Source: an uncultured delta proteobacterium
GTDB lineage: Bacteria > Myxococcota_A > Polyangia > Fen-1088
Direction of reading: 5' to 3'
DNA: 64,000 nt
Assembly (NCBI GenBank): GCA_963737265.1
Contig: CAVTRY010000023.1
Coordinates: forward strand, 416,001-480,000
Notes under the pieces: model-generated
Database searches by the model: none
The model's input: the letters and a program-made list of their open reading frames with translations, nothing else
What the model was told of the DNA's origin: nothing
Shown here: one piece after another, positions 9,204 to 20,259 of the stretch
How positions within the stretch are numbered: the first letter of the stretch is position 1
How the letters are laid out: the number at the start of each line of letters is the position of its first letter
Translations under genes and position numbers: made by a program

Positions 9204-12093
9204 ATGAAATCGACCTTCAGCGCATTCCTCGCACTCGTTGTGTTTGCCACCTCGCCCGCGACCAAGGCGGAGAATGTCGCCAGTCCGGCGCCGCCGGCGC
9301 CCCTCGTGGAGCAAGCGGATGAAGCGCAGTTCCACTTCCTGCGCGGCAATCGCGCCTACCAGGAGAAGCGATTCGAAGACGCGCTCGCTTCGTACTACCT
9401 TTCCAATCGCAGGGTTCCCAATCGCAACGTGCAGTTCAACATCGCCCGTTGCCTTGACCGGCTCGGCCGCTACGACGAATCCTACCGCGCATGGACCACG
9501 CTGCTCGACCAATCGCTGCCCGACAGGGAAAGGCAGGCGGTGCGCGAGGCGATCGATGGGCTACGCCCCCACCTGGCGTTGCTCGAACATCGCGACCACG
9601 CCACCCGGTGCGACTATCTTCGCCGGCCGCCGCGATCTAGGCGCGCTCGGCATCACGCCGAAGAGCCTATCCCTCCCCGCCGGGCTCACCAAGATCATTC
9701 TCGAACGCGATGGCTATCGGCCGGTCGAGTTGGTTGCCGAGCCGAGCAAGGGAAAGCAGATCAAGCTCTCCACCACGCTGGAGCAAATCTTCGGCGAGAT
9801 CGACGTCCGACGCCTGCCGGAAAACGCCGAAATTCGCCGCAACTTTCTCGACGGCGAAGTTCTTCGCCGCGGACCTGGAAGCGCCAGGATCCTTCCCGGT
9901 CGGTCGGTGCTGTTTGTATCCGCGCCGGGATTCCAAACCGAGCGGGTCGTGGTGGATGTGCTGGCCGATGCCGCCGTTCGGGTCGATGTTCTAATGTCGC
10001 CGGCCGTCGCCCCTACTGGAACCCTGGTGGTGCGGGCAAATATCGCTAGCGCGCTCATCCGCATCGACGGCAAGGAGGCCGGCTTCGCTCCTGCGGTGAT
10101 CGACGGTGTCGCAGCGGGCTCGCGCCTCATCGAGATCCTCGAAGAAGGTCGACAACCGTTCCGCGAAATGGTCGAGGTCAAGCAAGGCGAGCGCGCCTTC
10201 GTCGACGCGCACCTCGGGCACGCGGACACCCAGGTCACGGCGGCAACCAAATCCGCCGTCGCATCGGAGTCGGCGCCCGCTTCCATCACCATCATCACCG
10301 CCGACGAGATCGCGGCGTTCGGCTACACCACGCTGGTCGAAGCGGTCAACGCCGTTCGCAGCACGTTCACGTCCAACGACCGCAGCTATGAATCGATCGG
10401 CTTTGGCGGCTTCTCGCCGCCGAGCGACTACACCAAACGCGTGTTGGTGCTCGTCGACGGCCATTCCGTCAACGACGTCGTGACCGGCCAAGCTTATGTC
10501 GGTCACGATTTCGACGTCGATTTGGCGAATGTGGCGCGCATCGAGATCGTCCGCGGTCCGGGCTCCGTGCTGTACGGAACAGGCGCGCTCTTCGGCGTCA
10601 TCAACGTCGTCACCCGCCGCGCCGGCCTTGGCATGCACGCGGCGGTCAACACCACGGCCGGCACCATGGGAGTGGCGTCAGCGCGCGCAACCGCCAGCGC
10701 GCGAGCGGGTAACGCCGATGTGATGGTCAGTGTCGGTGCCATGACTAGCGACGGAGACGTTCGCTTCGTCGTGCCTGCCGACATCTACACCAACGTGCCG
10801 CAAACCGTATTGAACGCGGACGGCGAGCGGGCCTTTCACGCCGATGTTATCGGCCACCTGGGGCCCTTTTCCTTGCGCGGCGGCTACAACGATCGAAAGA
10901 AGAACCTGCCGACCGATGCCTATGATACGCGGCCGTGGCTCGGCACCAGCCATCTAGACGATCGCCGCAGCTATGCCGAGATTCGCTTCGATCAGGATTT
11001 CCAACACTTCCATCTGGCGGCACGCGCCGCTTACGACAAGAGCGCCTTTCACGGACACTACGTCGGCGACGGAAGCGCCGACGACCCAACCAGCGACGAG
11101 GACATCGGCGCGCAGTGGATTACGGGCGAGTTGCGCCTCGAAACGCCAGTTTTCATGCGCCAGCGCTTCACCTTCGGCAGCGAGATCGCAAAACAGATCC
11201 AGCTCCTGACCGCCAATTTGGGAGGCCCGCCCATCGCAAAGGATCTCGTCGCCTCAGCTTATATCGTTGACGATATCGAGGTGACGAATCGCCTGCATGT
11301 CAACGCGGGTCTGCGCAGCGATAGCTACACCAAGAGCTTCGGCACCACCCTCAATCCGCGCCTTGCTCTCGTCGGGAAACCGTACCTTGCGGGCAACACC
11401 AAGCTTCTCATCGGGCGCTCGTTCCGCGCGCCATCGCCGAATGAGCGTGCGGACACACCCGACGGCACCCTACGCCCAGAGGTCATGTCCAGCGTCGAAA
11501 TCGAGCACACCCACGCGGTTAGCGACGACGTGCGCATCGTCGGCGCGCTGTTCGCAAACTGGCTGAACGATCTCATCTTCGAGGTCAACGACCCGCAAGC
11601 CGGAATCATCTACCGGAACAATAGCAACCAGGTGCGCAGCCTGGGGGCCGAAGGCGAGCTGCGCTGGGAGCCCGGGGGAGGCACACTATTTTCCGTTGCA
11701 CTCACGCGCCAGAAGGTCGAGGAGTTGTCGCCCACGGGAAACTCGCCTTTCCTCAATGCGCCGGACACGCTCTTCAAGATGCGCGCATTATGTCCGCTTG
11801 TCGGCTTGGCGTTGCGATTCGGCACCGAGCTGGTGCTGGACTCGGGTCGACACTTCCTCCCGACCGACACGAACGCACCCGCGGCGGATAATCGCGTGGA
11901 CGATGCCGTCCTGTGGAATCTGAGTCTGTCCGGCGAGTACCGCGCCTTTCGCCTGCGCTATTTCGCCGGCATGTTCAACGTGCTCGACGTGCACGATCCA
12001 CGCGCCGGGATCCCCACCAGCATCGATTTCCCGCTCGCCTTGATTCCCCGCTACGGCAGGTCGATGCGAGCCGGGCTGGCTTGGACTTTTTGA
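9204..12093 (+). CDS. TPR-PEGA-TonB-dependent receptor fusion, split by an apparent +1 frameshift near 9585
   Basis: ATG 9204 frame gives a signal peptide plus TPR (FLRGNRAYQEKRFEDALASY...FNIARC). The next frame continues with PEGA repeats, plug motifs (APASITIITADEI, VLVLVDG, RIEIVRGPGSVLYGTGALFGVINVVT) and a barrel ending AWTF. Confidence 0.85.
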
Positions 12094-12343
12094 CTCGAAA
12101 TCGCCGCCATACCGTGCGCTTCGTCACACCTTAGACGTCCGCGTTACTACCACCGCGCGGGTTAGGGTCCGTTTTGACGTTGGATCGTCATGGCCTGCCG
12201 CTTTTCTAGGCCGTTTTTGTGGTAGAGGGTTGTGGCGAACCCCGTGTGCGTCGCGCCAGCATGATATACACATTCAATAGTATTTGGGAGTACAGTATAT
12301 GGCGATATTTAGTCCTATTGTCGCACAGCGCAGGAGTAAGTCC

Positions 12344-15300
12344 ATGTTGAATTACAAATCGCGTCGTTCACTGACGTTCTTGTCGCTCTCCTCGGTCTGG
12401 ATCGCGGCATCGCTGCTGTCCGCAGGCTGCCAAAACACCGCTGCGCTGCCCGGCCAGACGGCCGACGGGCCCTCTGCAGGAGGTAGTGGTGGTACCACGA
12501 CGATCGTAATTCCTGACGGCGGCATCTCTTTGTCACAGGACGGTGGCTGCATTTCGAGTTGCACCCCTGCAGGCGGCCAATATTGCGGAACCATCCTCGA
12601 TGGCTGCCAGGGGACCCTCAGCTGCGGCGCGTGTCCAGCGGGCCAACCCTGCGTCGGCGGTGTGTGCGCCAGCGGATCGGGTACCGATGCCGGCGCGCTG
12701 ACATCGTGTGTGGTCACGGGCGGAAGCTACTGCGGAACGATCGGAGACGGGCTGGGCGGCCAGCTCGTATGCGGTGCCTGCAAAGCTGCCGGCTGGGTCT
12801 GCACAAGCGGCGTCTGCACCGCCGATTCCACCGTTTGCCAGGCGAGCACCTGTGGTACGGGCGCCGACAAATACTGCGGCAAGGTCGGCGACGGCTGCGG
12901 ACATGCCCTCGATTGCGGCGGCTGCGCCGCCGACCAGGTCTGCACCAACAACCAGTGCGTGCCCGCCGTTTGCGTGGCCACGACCTGCAATCCCACGGGC
13001 GGGCAGTACTGTGGTGGGGTGCTGGGCGATGGCTGTGGCGGCACGATAACCTGCGGCGACTGCACCACGGCCGGATGGACGTGCCAGGATCACCTGTGCA
13101 AAGGCGGAGCCTCGTGCGCTCCCCTCGCCTGCGGCTCTGGCTCCGGCAAGTACTGCGGGACCATCGGCGACAACTGCGGCAACAGCCTGGATTGCGCCGA
13201 TTGCATCGCGGGTGAGACCTGCGTGAGCAACCAATGCGTGCCGACGAATTGCACACCTCTCACCTGCAACCCCACGGGGGGACAGTACTGCGGCGGCAAA
13301 ATCGGCGACGGCTGCGGTGGAACCCTGGATTGCAGCACGCCCTGTCAGACGGGCTGGGTGTGCTCCGGCAACCTCTGCGTCGGGGATTCGACGTGCATGC
13401 GGCTTGCGTCTTGCGACAACGGTACGCCGTTCAACTATTGCGGCGATATCGGCGACAGTTGCGGCGGCACGCTTCACTGTGGCGCCGATTGTGCCGCCGG
13501 CCAAGTTTGCGACACCGCGAAAGGCCTGTGCAAGGGCGATACGACCTGTGTTCCCACCAAATGCACGAATGGAACAATTTTCAATTACTGTGGCGACATC
13601 GGCGATGATTGCGGCGGAACTCTCCACTGCGGCCAGGACTGCGCCGATGGGCAGGCTTGTGACAGCACGACAGGCCTATGCAAAAGCGACGCCACTTGCA
13701 CACCCGTCGCTTGTCAAAACGGCACTTCCTTCAACTACTGTGGCGATGTCGGCGACGGCTGCGGCGGAACTCTTGCATGCGGCGCCGACTGCGCTGCACA
13801 CCAGTTGTGTGGCGACGATGGAATCTGCAAGGGCGATGGGACATGCCTGAGCTCGACCTGCACCAACGGAACCTCATTCAATTATTGTGGCGACATAGGC
13901 GATGGCTGCGGCGGAACTCTCTCGTGCGGCACCACCTGCGGCAGCCATCAGGTGTGCGGCGCCGACAAATTGTGCAAGGGCGATAACACGTGTAACCCGG
14001 TCACGTGTGTGACTGGGACTGCATTCAACTACTGCGGCACCATCGGCGACGGCTGCGGTGGTGCGCTCGCGTGCAGCAACAACTGTGGAACCGGGAAGAC
14101 CTGCGACACCACCCAGGGCCTATGCGTGGGGGATGCGACCTGCGCGCGCGTGACAAGTTGTAGCAACAGCACCCCCTTCAACTATTGCGGCAAGATTGGC
14201 GACAATTGCGGTGGAAGCCTGAGCTGCGCGACGGACTGCGGCGTAGGCAAGGTCTGCACGAACAATGTCTGCAAGGGCGACGCAAGCTGCACACCGCTGA
14301 CCTGCAAGCCCGCGAGCGGCGGCCAATACTGCGGCGGAACCGTCGGCGATGGCTGCGGCAACTCGATAAGTTGCACCGATGCGTGTCCGACCGGCACGGT
14401 CTGTAGCGGTAATGTTTGCGTTTGCAATGGCGGCCTTGTCTGTCAGGTCGCCCACTGCGACGCCAGCTCGACGACCGTCACGGGAGTCGTCTACGACCCG
14501 GCGGGCGTGAATCCGCTCTACAATGTCATCGTCTACATCCCGAATACCGCCCTCGATCCCATCACGCACGGCCCAACGTGCGACCAATGCGCCACACCGT
14601 CCGGCGAGCCCATCGCGGCCGCGTTGTCGGGCGCCGACGGCAGCTTCACCCTGACCAATGTTCCGAGCGGAACCAATATCCCCATCGTCTTCCAGCTGGG
14701 GAAGTGGCGCCGCCAGGTCAAGATCCCAACGGTGAACCCGTGCGTGGAAAACGATGTTCCCGCCAGCCTCACCCGCTTGCCTCGCAACCAGAACGACGGC
14801 GACGCCGGCACGGTGTCGTTGCCCAAGATCGCCATTACGGCCGGACACGCACGGACCGCGGATAATAGCGTGACCGAGCGATTGCAGTGCTTGCTTCAAC
14901 GCATCGGGGTCAGCGCCACGGAATTTACACTACCGGGCGGAGCCGGGTCTGTCAGCCTTTACAACCAGTCGAATGGTGCGGATTCCTGCAATCAGGTGAC
15001 CGGCGGGAACGGAGCCTTCCCGGATGCGACCACCACCCTCTGGGACAGTCAAGCCCATCTCAATCAGTACGACATGGTTTTGCTCAATTGCGGCGGCGAT
15101 CAGGGCGCGTCCGACCCCAACAATAACAATGTCTATATCTCCCACCCAGATGCCGTCACTCGCATGAAGACCTATGTCAACGCCGGGGGACGAGTCTTCG
15201 CCGAGCATTACCACTGGGATTGGATCAAATCGGTCGCGAACTATCCTTCGACATTCGGCGAGCTCGCGACCTGGAACGCACAAACCGACGTCATCGGCCC

Positions 15301-16051
15301 GAACCCGCGCAACACCTTGGTCGATGTTTCCTTCCCGCGCGGTGTGGCGTTCGCCGAATGGCTGAAGGACGTTGGCGCCTCCACGATTCAGGGACAACTG
15401 ACCATATCGAGTGCGGTCAAGTACACCGCCATCGACCAGATTAACCCGCCCTCACAGCGGTGGATTTACGAGCCCGCCAACCCGGCGGCGCCAACTGGCG
15501 CCGCACAATATACGCACTATTTCAGCTTCGACACGCCGGTAGGCGTGGCGCCCGCCAGTCAATGCGGTCGTTTCGTGTACACGGGTTTGCACGTAAGCGA
15601 CGCTGCGTCGGTTGGCTTCCCCGGCGACCCGGACACGACCTCGGGAAACACCTTCCCTGGATGCTGCGCTGCCCGAACACTGCTCTCGCCGCAGGAGAAG
15701 GTTCTCGAGTTCATGATCTTCGACCTCTCATCCTGCATCAGCAACATCAACTTGCCGCCGCCGCCACCGCCAACGACGGCGATTCCCGCCGCAGCGCCGC
15801 CGGCCCCACCGCCGCCCGCACCGCCGCCGCCGACCTTGCCGGCTAGCCCCTCGCCACCTCCCGCACCGCCACCGCCGCCACCGCCGCCAGCGGCGACAAC
15901 ACCACCCGTTCCGCCATCACCGGCAGTGCCGCCACCGCCACCGCCACCGCCGCCCGTCGCGGCACCGGCACCGCCAGCAGCGCCACCGCCGTCGCAATCG
16001 CCGCCGCCACCACCACCACCGCCGCCCGTGCCAGAACAGTACATCCCGTAA
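12344..16051 (+). CDS. Large Cys-rich repeat surface lipoprotein with carboxypeptidase-regulatory-like domain and poly-proline tail
   Basis: AGGAG RBS before ATG 12344; lipobox LSAGC; 13 copies of YCG..(G)D.CG..L.C; VTGVVYDPAG..PLYNVIVYIP domain; C-terminal ~95 aa Pro-rich stretch. Confidence 0.85.
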   Translation: MLNYKSRRSLTFLSLSSVWIAASLLSAGCQNTAALPGQTADGPSAGGSGGTTTIVIPDGGISLSQDGGCISSCTPAGGQYCGTILDGCQGTLSCGACPAGQPCVGGVCASGSGTDAGALTSCVVTGGSYCGTIGDGLGGQLVCGACKAAGWVCTSGVCTADSTVCQASTCGTGADKYCGKVGDGCGHALDCGGCAADQVCTNNQCVPAVCVATTCNPTGGQYCGGVLGDGCGGTITCGDCTTAGWTCQDHLCKGGASCAPLACGSGSGKYCGTIGDNCGNSLDCADCIAGETCVSNQCVPTNCTPLTCNPTGGQYCGGKIGDGCGGTLDCSTPCQTGWVCSGNLCVGDSTCMRLASCDNGTPFNYCGDIGDSCGGTLHCGADCAAGQVCDTAKGLCKGDTTCVPTKCTNGTIFNYCGDIGDDCGGTLHCGQDCADGQACDSTTGLCKSDATCTPVACQNGTSFNYCGDVGDGCGGTLACGADCAAHQLCGDDGICKGDGTCLSSTCTNGTSFNYCGDIGDGCGGTLSCGTTCGSHQVCGADKLCKGDNTCNPVTCVTGTAFNYCGTIGDGCGGALACSNNCGTGKTCDTTQGLCVGDATCARVTSCSNSTPFNYCGKIGDNCGGSLSCATDCGVGKVCTNNVCKGDASCTPLTCKPASGGQYCGGTVGDGCGNSISCTDACPTGTVCSGNVCVCNGGLVCQVAHCDASSTTVTGVVYDPAGVNPLYNVIVYIPNTALDPITHGPTCDQCATPSGEPIAAALSGADGSFTLTNVPSGTNIPIVFQLGKWRRQVKIPTVNPCVENDVPASLTRLPRNQNDGDAGTVSLPKIAITAGHARTADNSVTERLQCLLQRIGVSATEFTLPGGAGSVSLYNQSNGADSCNQVTGGNGAFPDATTTLWDSQAHLNQYDMVLLNCGGDQGASDPNNNNVYISHPDAVTRMKTYVNAGGRVFAEHYHWDWIKSVANYPSTFGELATWNAQTDVIGPNPRNTLVDVSFPRGVAFAEWLKDVGASTIQGQLTISSAVKYTAIDQINPPSQRWIYEPANPAAPTGAAQYTHYFSFDTPVGVAPASQCGRFVYTGLHVSDAASVGFPGDPDTTSGNTFPGCCAARTLLSPQEKVLEFMIFDLSSCISNINLPPPPPPTTAIPAAAPPAPPPPAPPPPTLPASPSPPPAPPPPPPPPAATTPPVPPSPAVPPPPPPPPPVAAPAPPAAPPPSQSPPPPPPPPPVPEQYIP

Positions 16052-16067
16052 GACCGACGTTGATCCG

Positions 16068-16118
16068 CCAGGCCCCGAGGCTGAGCCGCGAAAGCGGCTG
16101 CCTCGTCCGAAGGCCTGG
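16068..16118. terminator. Long GC-rich hairpin with GAAA tetraloop between convergent genes
   Basis: CCAGGCC/GGCCTGG, CGAGGC/GCCTCG and AGCCGC-GAAA-GCGGCT nested stems; no U-tract. Confidence 0.45.
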
Positions 16119-16135
16119 GTCTGGCGCACAAGAAA

Positions 16136-17245
16136 CTATCGAAAGACGCGCCGGATCATCCGCCACATCCGCGCCACAATCCCCTGTCCGGGCTTGCGTG
16201 CCGAGGCCGGAGTCAAGCCCTTGCCCGCAGCTTGCCTCGACGACACGAGCACCCTTTTTGTGTCCTCCGGCACCGCCGGCGACGGATCGTTGTCCTCGGT
16301 GGCCGCGGTCTTGTGTTTGAGTGACTCATCGACGTGTCGCAAGATCTGGCGTGCTTCCGGCTCGACTGCTGCCATGGTTTCTGCGCCTAGATTGAGCTTG
16401 GCGCAGGCAATCGAGAGCAGCGCGGGATCGTTTCCATCGCAAGCACCGACTCCAAAATCGACCGAGAATCCGAGCTTCGCGACTAGTGCGTCGGCAATGA
16501 CCACGACCGCAGACAGCGAAGGCGCGGACGCCAGTGTGGCGCCACGGTGGTGGTGAGACACGACCTCCGCGACTTCATCCGGCAGCTTCCACAGCCGAAC
16601 CAGCATGGCGGAGACATCCTCGTGTGTCTGGCGAACGACCTCTTCCAGCACCTTGGCGTCGAGCGGGGCTTCGCTCTTGGCTCGCTCGCCAAGCACGATA
16701 AGAATGGCCGCGATGCCAATGTCATGCAAAAGGCCGCACAAGAACGCGTTTTCGGGATCTTGCCCCGCGCGCGTCGCGAGCAGACGGCACAGGTTGGCGC
16801 TTGCAGTGCTGTGCCGGCGCAACTGCTCCATGATTCCGGAATACTCGACGGATCGAAACACCCGCATATGCAGGGCCAGCTCAAATACGATTTCGCCTAG
16901 GTTCTTGAGTCCAAGGCGGAGCACGGCGCTGCGCAAGGATGTCTCGGCATCTCGGCCGCGAAAGATCGGCGAATTCGCCACCTTGAGAACGTGTCCCGCC
17001 AGCATCGGGTCGCTTTCGAGCACCGCCGTCAGCTTGTCGGTGTCGATGTCCGTCCGACAGGACAGCTCGTGGATCTCCAGCGCCACGCTGGGAAGCATGG
17101 GGGGCTTGTAGCCGGTCGAGCCGAAGACACGGCGTAAGCCTTCGGCAACGCGCAGCACCGTGGCAAGCGGTGGAGGCGCCTCGAGAGCCTCGGCGATCCC
17201 AGGATTCGCATAGGCCGTCGGCGCATTAGACTCGACCGGGCACAT
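16136..17245 (-). CDS. HDOD domain protein
   Basis: PMLPSVA, DPMLAGHVLKVANS, AVLRLG, AFLCGLLHDIG, LVRLWKLP...VSHHH. Confidence 0.9.
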   Translation of the reverse strand: MCPVESNAPTAYANPGIAEALEAPPPLATVLRVAEGLRRVFGSTGYKPPMLPSVALEIHELSCRTDIDTDKLTAVLESDPMLAGHVLKVANSPIFRGRDAETSLRSAVLRLGLKNLGEIVFELALHMRVFRSVEYSGIMEQLRRHSTASANLCRLLATRAGQDPENAFLCGLLHDIGIAAILIVLGERAKSEAPLDAKVLEEVVRQTHEDVSAMLVRLWKLPDEVAEVVSHHHRGATLASAPSLSAVVVIADALVAKLGFSVDFGVGACDGNDPALLSIACAKLNLGAETMAAVEPEARQILRHVDESLKHKTAATEDNDPSPAVPEDTKRVLVSSRQAAGKGLTPASARKPGQGIVARMWRMIRRVFR

Positions 17246-17407
17246 TCATTCTCCGCCTCTAAGGCATCGTAGGTTTTGGCAGTTTTCTTGAGGTGCCTGG
17301 TGCGCCACATGCTTGGCAAGGTTCAACCGCCGCAGGAACCACACATCCGCCGTGCCGATTGGGACATCTCCCATCGACAAGGTATGCTTTCGGCGAGGAG
17401 CTCCCCT

Positions 17408-17932
17408 ATGGACAAGACTGAAAAACTCTCCCTCATCACCCAGTACCAGTTTGCCGTCGATCTCCTGATCGACTTCGTGAAAAGCATTCCCACCGCCGCC
17501 ATCGACTTTCGCCCCAGCCTGGTGGGGGCCTGGACCATCCGCGACCACGCCGTCCATTTCCTAGATGCCGATACCTTTGCCTACGATCGCATCCGCCTGA
17601 CGGTGACCCAGCCTGGCGTGGAGGTCTTCGTGTGGAACGAAGAACTTTGGCAGGAACGGGCCAAGTATGAAACCGCCGACGCGCTGGCATCGCTGGAAAT
17701 CGCGCGCGGGCTGCGAACCGTGACCTCCGCCATGACCAAGGCCTTGGTGGATTCGGACTGGGAATCCTACTACGTTCGCCACCCCCAGCGCGGGCGCATC
17801 ACCCTCAACGATTTGCTCAAGCTCTACACCGATCATGCCCAGTTTCACCTGAGCTACTTCCGCCGCAATCTCGAAGCCTTCAAGGGGGAGCATCTGGGAC
17901 ATCAAGGCGCGCATCGGCCGGGTGGCGCCTGA
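17408..17932 (+). CDS. DinB/YfiT-like metal-binding four-helix protein
   Basis: WTIRDHAVHFLDAD, HPQRGRITL, HAQFHL; GAGGAG RBS before ATG 17408. Confidence 0.8.
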   Translation: MDKTEKLSLITQYQFAVDLLIDFVKSIPTAAIDFRPSLVGAWTIRDHAVHFLDADTFAYDRIRLTVTQPGVEVFVWNEELWQERAKYETADALASLEIARGLRTVTSAMTKALVDSDWESYYVRHPQRGRITLNDLLKLYTDHAQFHLSYFRRNLEAFKGEHLGHQGAHRPGGA

Positions 17933-17949
17933 GCTGCTGCTGCACTACC

Positions 17950-18344
17950 CCCCGGACTGGTGATGCCTCGACGTAGTCCGTTCGGGATTCTTTGCCTCCG
18001 TGGGGCTCTGCCGTGAGTGCAGCACCGACGAGACGACGCGTGGATGTGCCGTGCTTGCCATGCTTGGCCTAGAGAGCCACCGTCGACAGCGGCTGGCCGA
18101 GCTCTCGCACGGCAACCAGCGACTCGTGCTGCTCGGGCGAGCCCTGGTCGCCAATCCAGAGCTCCTGATTCTAGACGAACCCTGCCAAGGTCTAGATGGG
18201 AGCCACACGAGAATGGTGAACGACGCCGTCGACCGAGCCAGCCGCGAAAGCCACGCCAGCATCATCTACGTGACTCACCACGAGGACGAAATTCCTTCCT
18301 GTGTCACGCGGATTCTCCTCAAGTCCGGTCGCGTGGTCGCCTAA
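17950..18344 (+). pseudogene. C-terminal fragment of a ModF-like ABC ATPase
   Basis: LSHGNQRLVLLGRALV, LLILDEPCQGLD, YVTHH present; no Walker A; in-frame TGA just upstream of CLDVVRSGFF. Confidence 0.7.
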
Positions 18345-18412
18345 GCGGACCGAAACGGTCTTCTACCGCTGGCGTCAGGCTTCCGCTTGAGGCATAAACC
18401 GAAGCAGACAGA

Positions 18413-20233
18413 ATGCGCATTCCTCCCCTCGATCCGCACCACAGCCCACTTTCGCCAACTCAACTAGCCCAGTTCAACAGCTTGGTCGCCGGCCTTGCGC
18501 CGGAGCAAGCCGCGTGGCTGCTCGGCTACCTGACCGCGACGCACCAGCTTCAGCAGGGTGAGCACCCGCCGGCATCGGTACAAAGTGCTGCCGGCGGCAG
18601 CGATGGCCTGCTCACCGTGCTCTTTGCTTCGCAAACCGGCAATGCCATCAAGGTGGCGAAGCGGTTGGTGGCGGCAGCCACCGCGGCCGGCATTCAGGCG
18701 GCGGCCATCAGCACCGGCGACTACAAGACCAGCAATCTGCGCAACGAAGGCAGCCTGGTGCTCATTTCGAGCACGCAGGGAGAGGGCGATCCACCCGACT
18801 CGGCCGTCGAGTTTCACCGCTTTCTCTTCGGTAAACGAGCGCCTCGTTTGCCAGGTCTGCGTTTCGCCGTGCTTGCCCTCGGTGACTACAGCTACGCCAA
18901 CTTCTGCAAGGCGGGCGCGGATTTCGATAAGCGTCTCGAAGAGCTGGGGGGCGAGCGAATCCTCGCCCGCGTGGACTGCGACGTCGAGTTCCAAGCCGCC
19001 GCCGACGCTTGGCAGGGACAGGTCATCGAAGCCTTCAAGAAGTACTTGAACGCAGCCGGCACGGCGACTTCACCGCTGCCCGCGCTGGCGATCGCGGCGA
19101 GCGACGATGTCGGCTACGACAAAACCAATCCGTTTTTGGCCCAGGCACTCGACCGGATCGATCTCAATGGCCGCGGCTCCGCGAAGAAGACGGTTCACTT
19201 CGAGTTGTCCCTGACCGGCTCCGGTATCACCTATGAGCCCGGCGACGCACTTGGCATACTGCCGCGAAATTCCCCAAGCTATGTACGGGATCTGCTTGCC
19301 GTAGCCGGCTTTGCGCACGACGCACCGGTCGCGGTCGACGGCAAGGAGCGGCCGCTGCAGGAGGCGCTCGGCGAGACCTTCGAAGTCACCACCATCACCC
19401 GCCCGTTCGTCAAAGCCTACGCGGCGGAAACCAAGACCGCGGCGCTGGCCGCCCTGCTTGACCAGGGTCAACAGGAAAACTTGCAAAAGTACGTGTACGG
19501 CCGAGAGATCATCGACGTGCTCCAGGCCTATCCGCCAGGCGGTATGTCGCCGCAGGCTTTCGTGGGAATGTTGCGCCGTCTGCAACCGCGACTCTACTCC
19601 ATCGCATCGAGCCTTCTCGCCCACGAGGAAGAAGTCCACCTGCTCGTCGGGCTCACCCGCTACAAAAGCTACGGTCGCGTGCGCGATGGCGTTTGCTCGA
19701 CGTACGCGTGCGAGCGTTTGGGCGAGGACGAGCCGCTGCGGGTTTACCCATCGCCCAACCCGAATTTCAAGCTGCCCAGCAACCCGGACGCGCGCATCGT
19801 CATGATCGGGCCCGGCACCGGCGTGGCGCCGTTTCGAGCCTTCGTCGAAGAGCGCGAAGCACTCGGCTGCCGCGGTCGCAACTGGCTGTTCTTTGGCGAC
19901 CAACATTTCACCACCGACTTCCTCTACCAGGTCGAGTGGCAGCGCTGGCACAAGTCTGGCGTGCTCTCGCACTTGGACTTGGCCTTTTCGCGCGATCAGT
20001 CCGAAAAGATCTACGTGCAACACCGCATGACCGAGCGCGCGCGCGATTTGTATGCGTGGCTGCAGGATGGCGCCCATATTTACGTGTGCGGCGACGCCGA
20101 TAAGATGGCGGCCGACGTCCATGCGGCACTTATTTCCATCGTCAGCAAAGAAGGCGGCAAGGACCGCGACGCCGCCGAGGAATATGTTCAAAATCTCCAG
20201 GCGAACAAGCGTTACCAGCGCGATGTCTACTGA
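18413..20233 (+). CDS. cysJ: Assimilatory sulfite reductase flavoprotein subunit
   Basis: Flavodoxin [16 protein letters not shown]; RLYSIASS; [12 protein letters not shown]; ends RYQRDVY. Confidence 0.95.
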   Translation: MRIPPLDPHHSPLSPTQLAQFNSLVAGLAPEQAAWLLGYLTATHQLQQGEHPPASVQSAAGGSDGLLTVLFASQTGNAIKVAKRLVAAATAAGIQAAAISTGDYKTSNLRNEGSLVLISSTQGEGDPPDSAVEFHRFLFGKRAPRLPGLRFAVLALGDYSYANFCKAGADFDKRLEELGGERILARVDCDVEFQAAADAWQGQVIEAFKKYLNAAGTATSPLPALAIAASDDVGYDKTNPFLAQALDRIDLNGRGSAKKTVHFELSLTGSGITYEPGDALGILPRNSPSYVRDLLAVAGFAHDAPVAVDGKERPLQEALGETFEVTTITRPFVKAYAAETKTAALAALLDQGQQENLQKYVYGREIIDVLQAYPPGGMSPQAFVGMLRRLQPRLYSIASSLLAHEEEVHLLVGLTRYKSYGRVRDGVCSTYACERLGEDEPLRVYPSPNPNFKLPSNPDARIVMIGPGTGVAPFRAFVEEREALGCRGRNWLFFGDQHFTTDFLYQVEWQRWHKSGVLSHLDLAFSRDQSEKIYVQHRMTERARDLYAWLQDGAHIYVCGDADKMAADVHAALISIVSKEGGKDRDAAEEYVQNLQANKRYQRDVY

Positions 20234-20259
20234 CGGCCGCGCAGCGAGGACGGTTTCCC

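Noticed and set aside
13400-14300. Regularly spaced TTCAACTACTGCGGCGA motifs as a CRISPR-like array
   Set aside because: They are degenerate in-frame protein repeats (FNYCGD) with homologous spacers
16081-16100. Hammerhead ribozyme (CTGA...GAAA)
   Set aside because: Lacks the CUGANGA core, and GAAA is a hairpin loop rather than a junction
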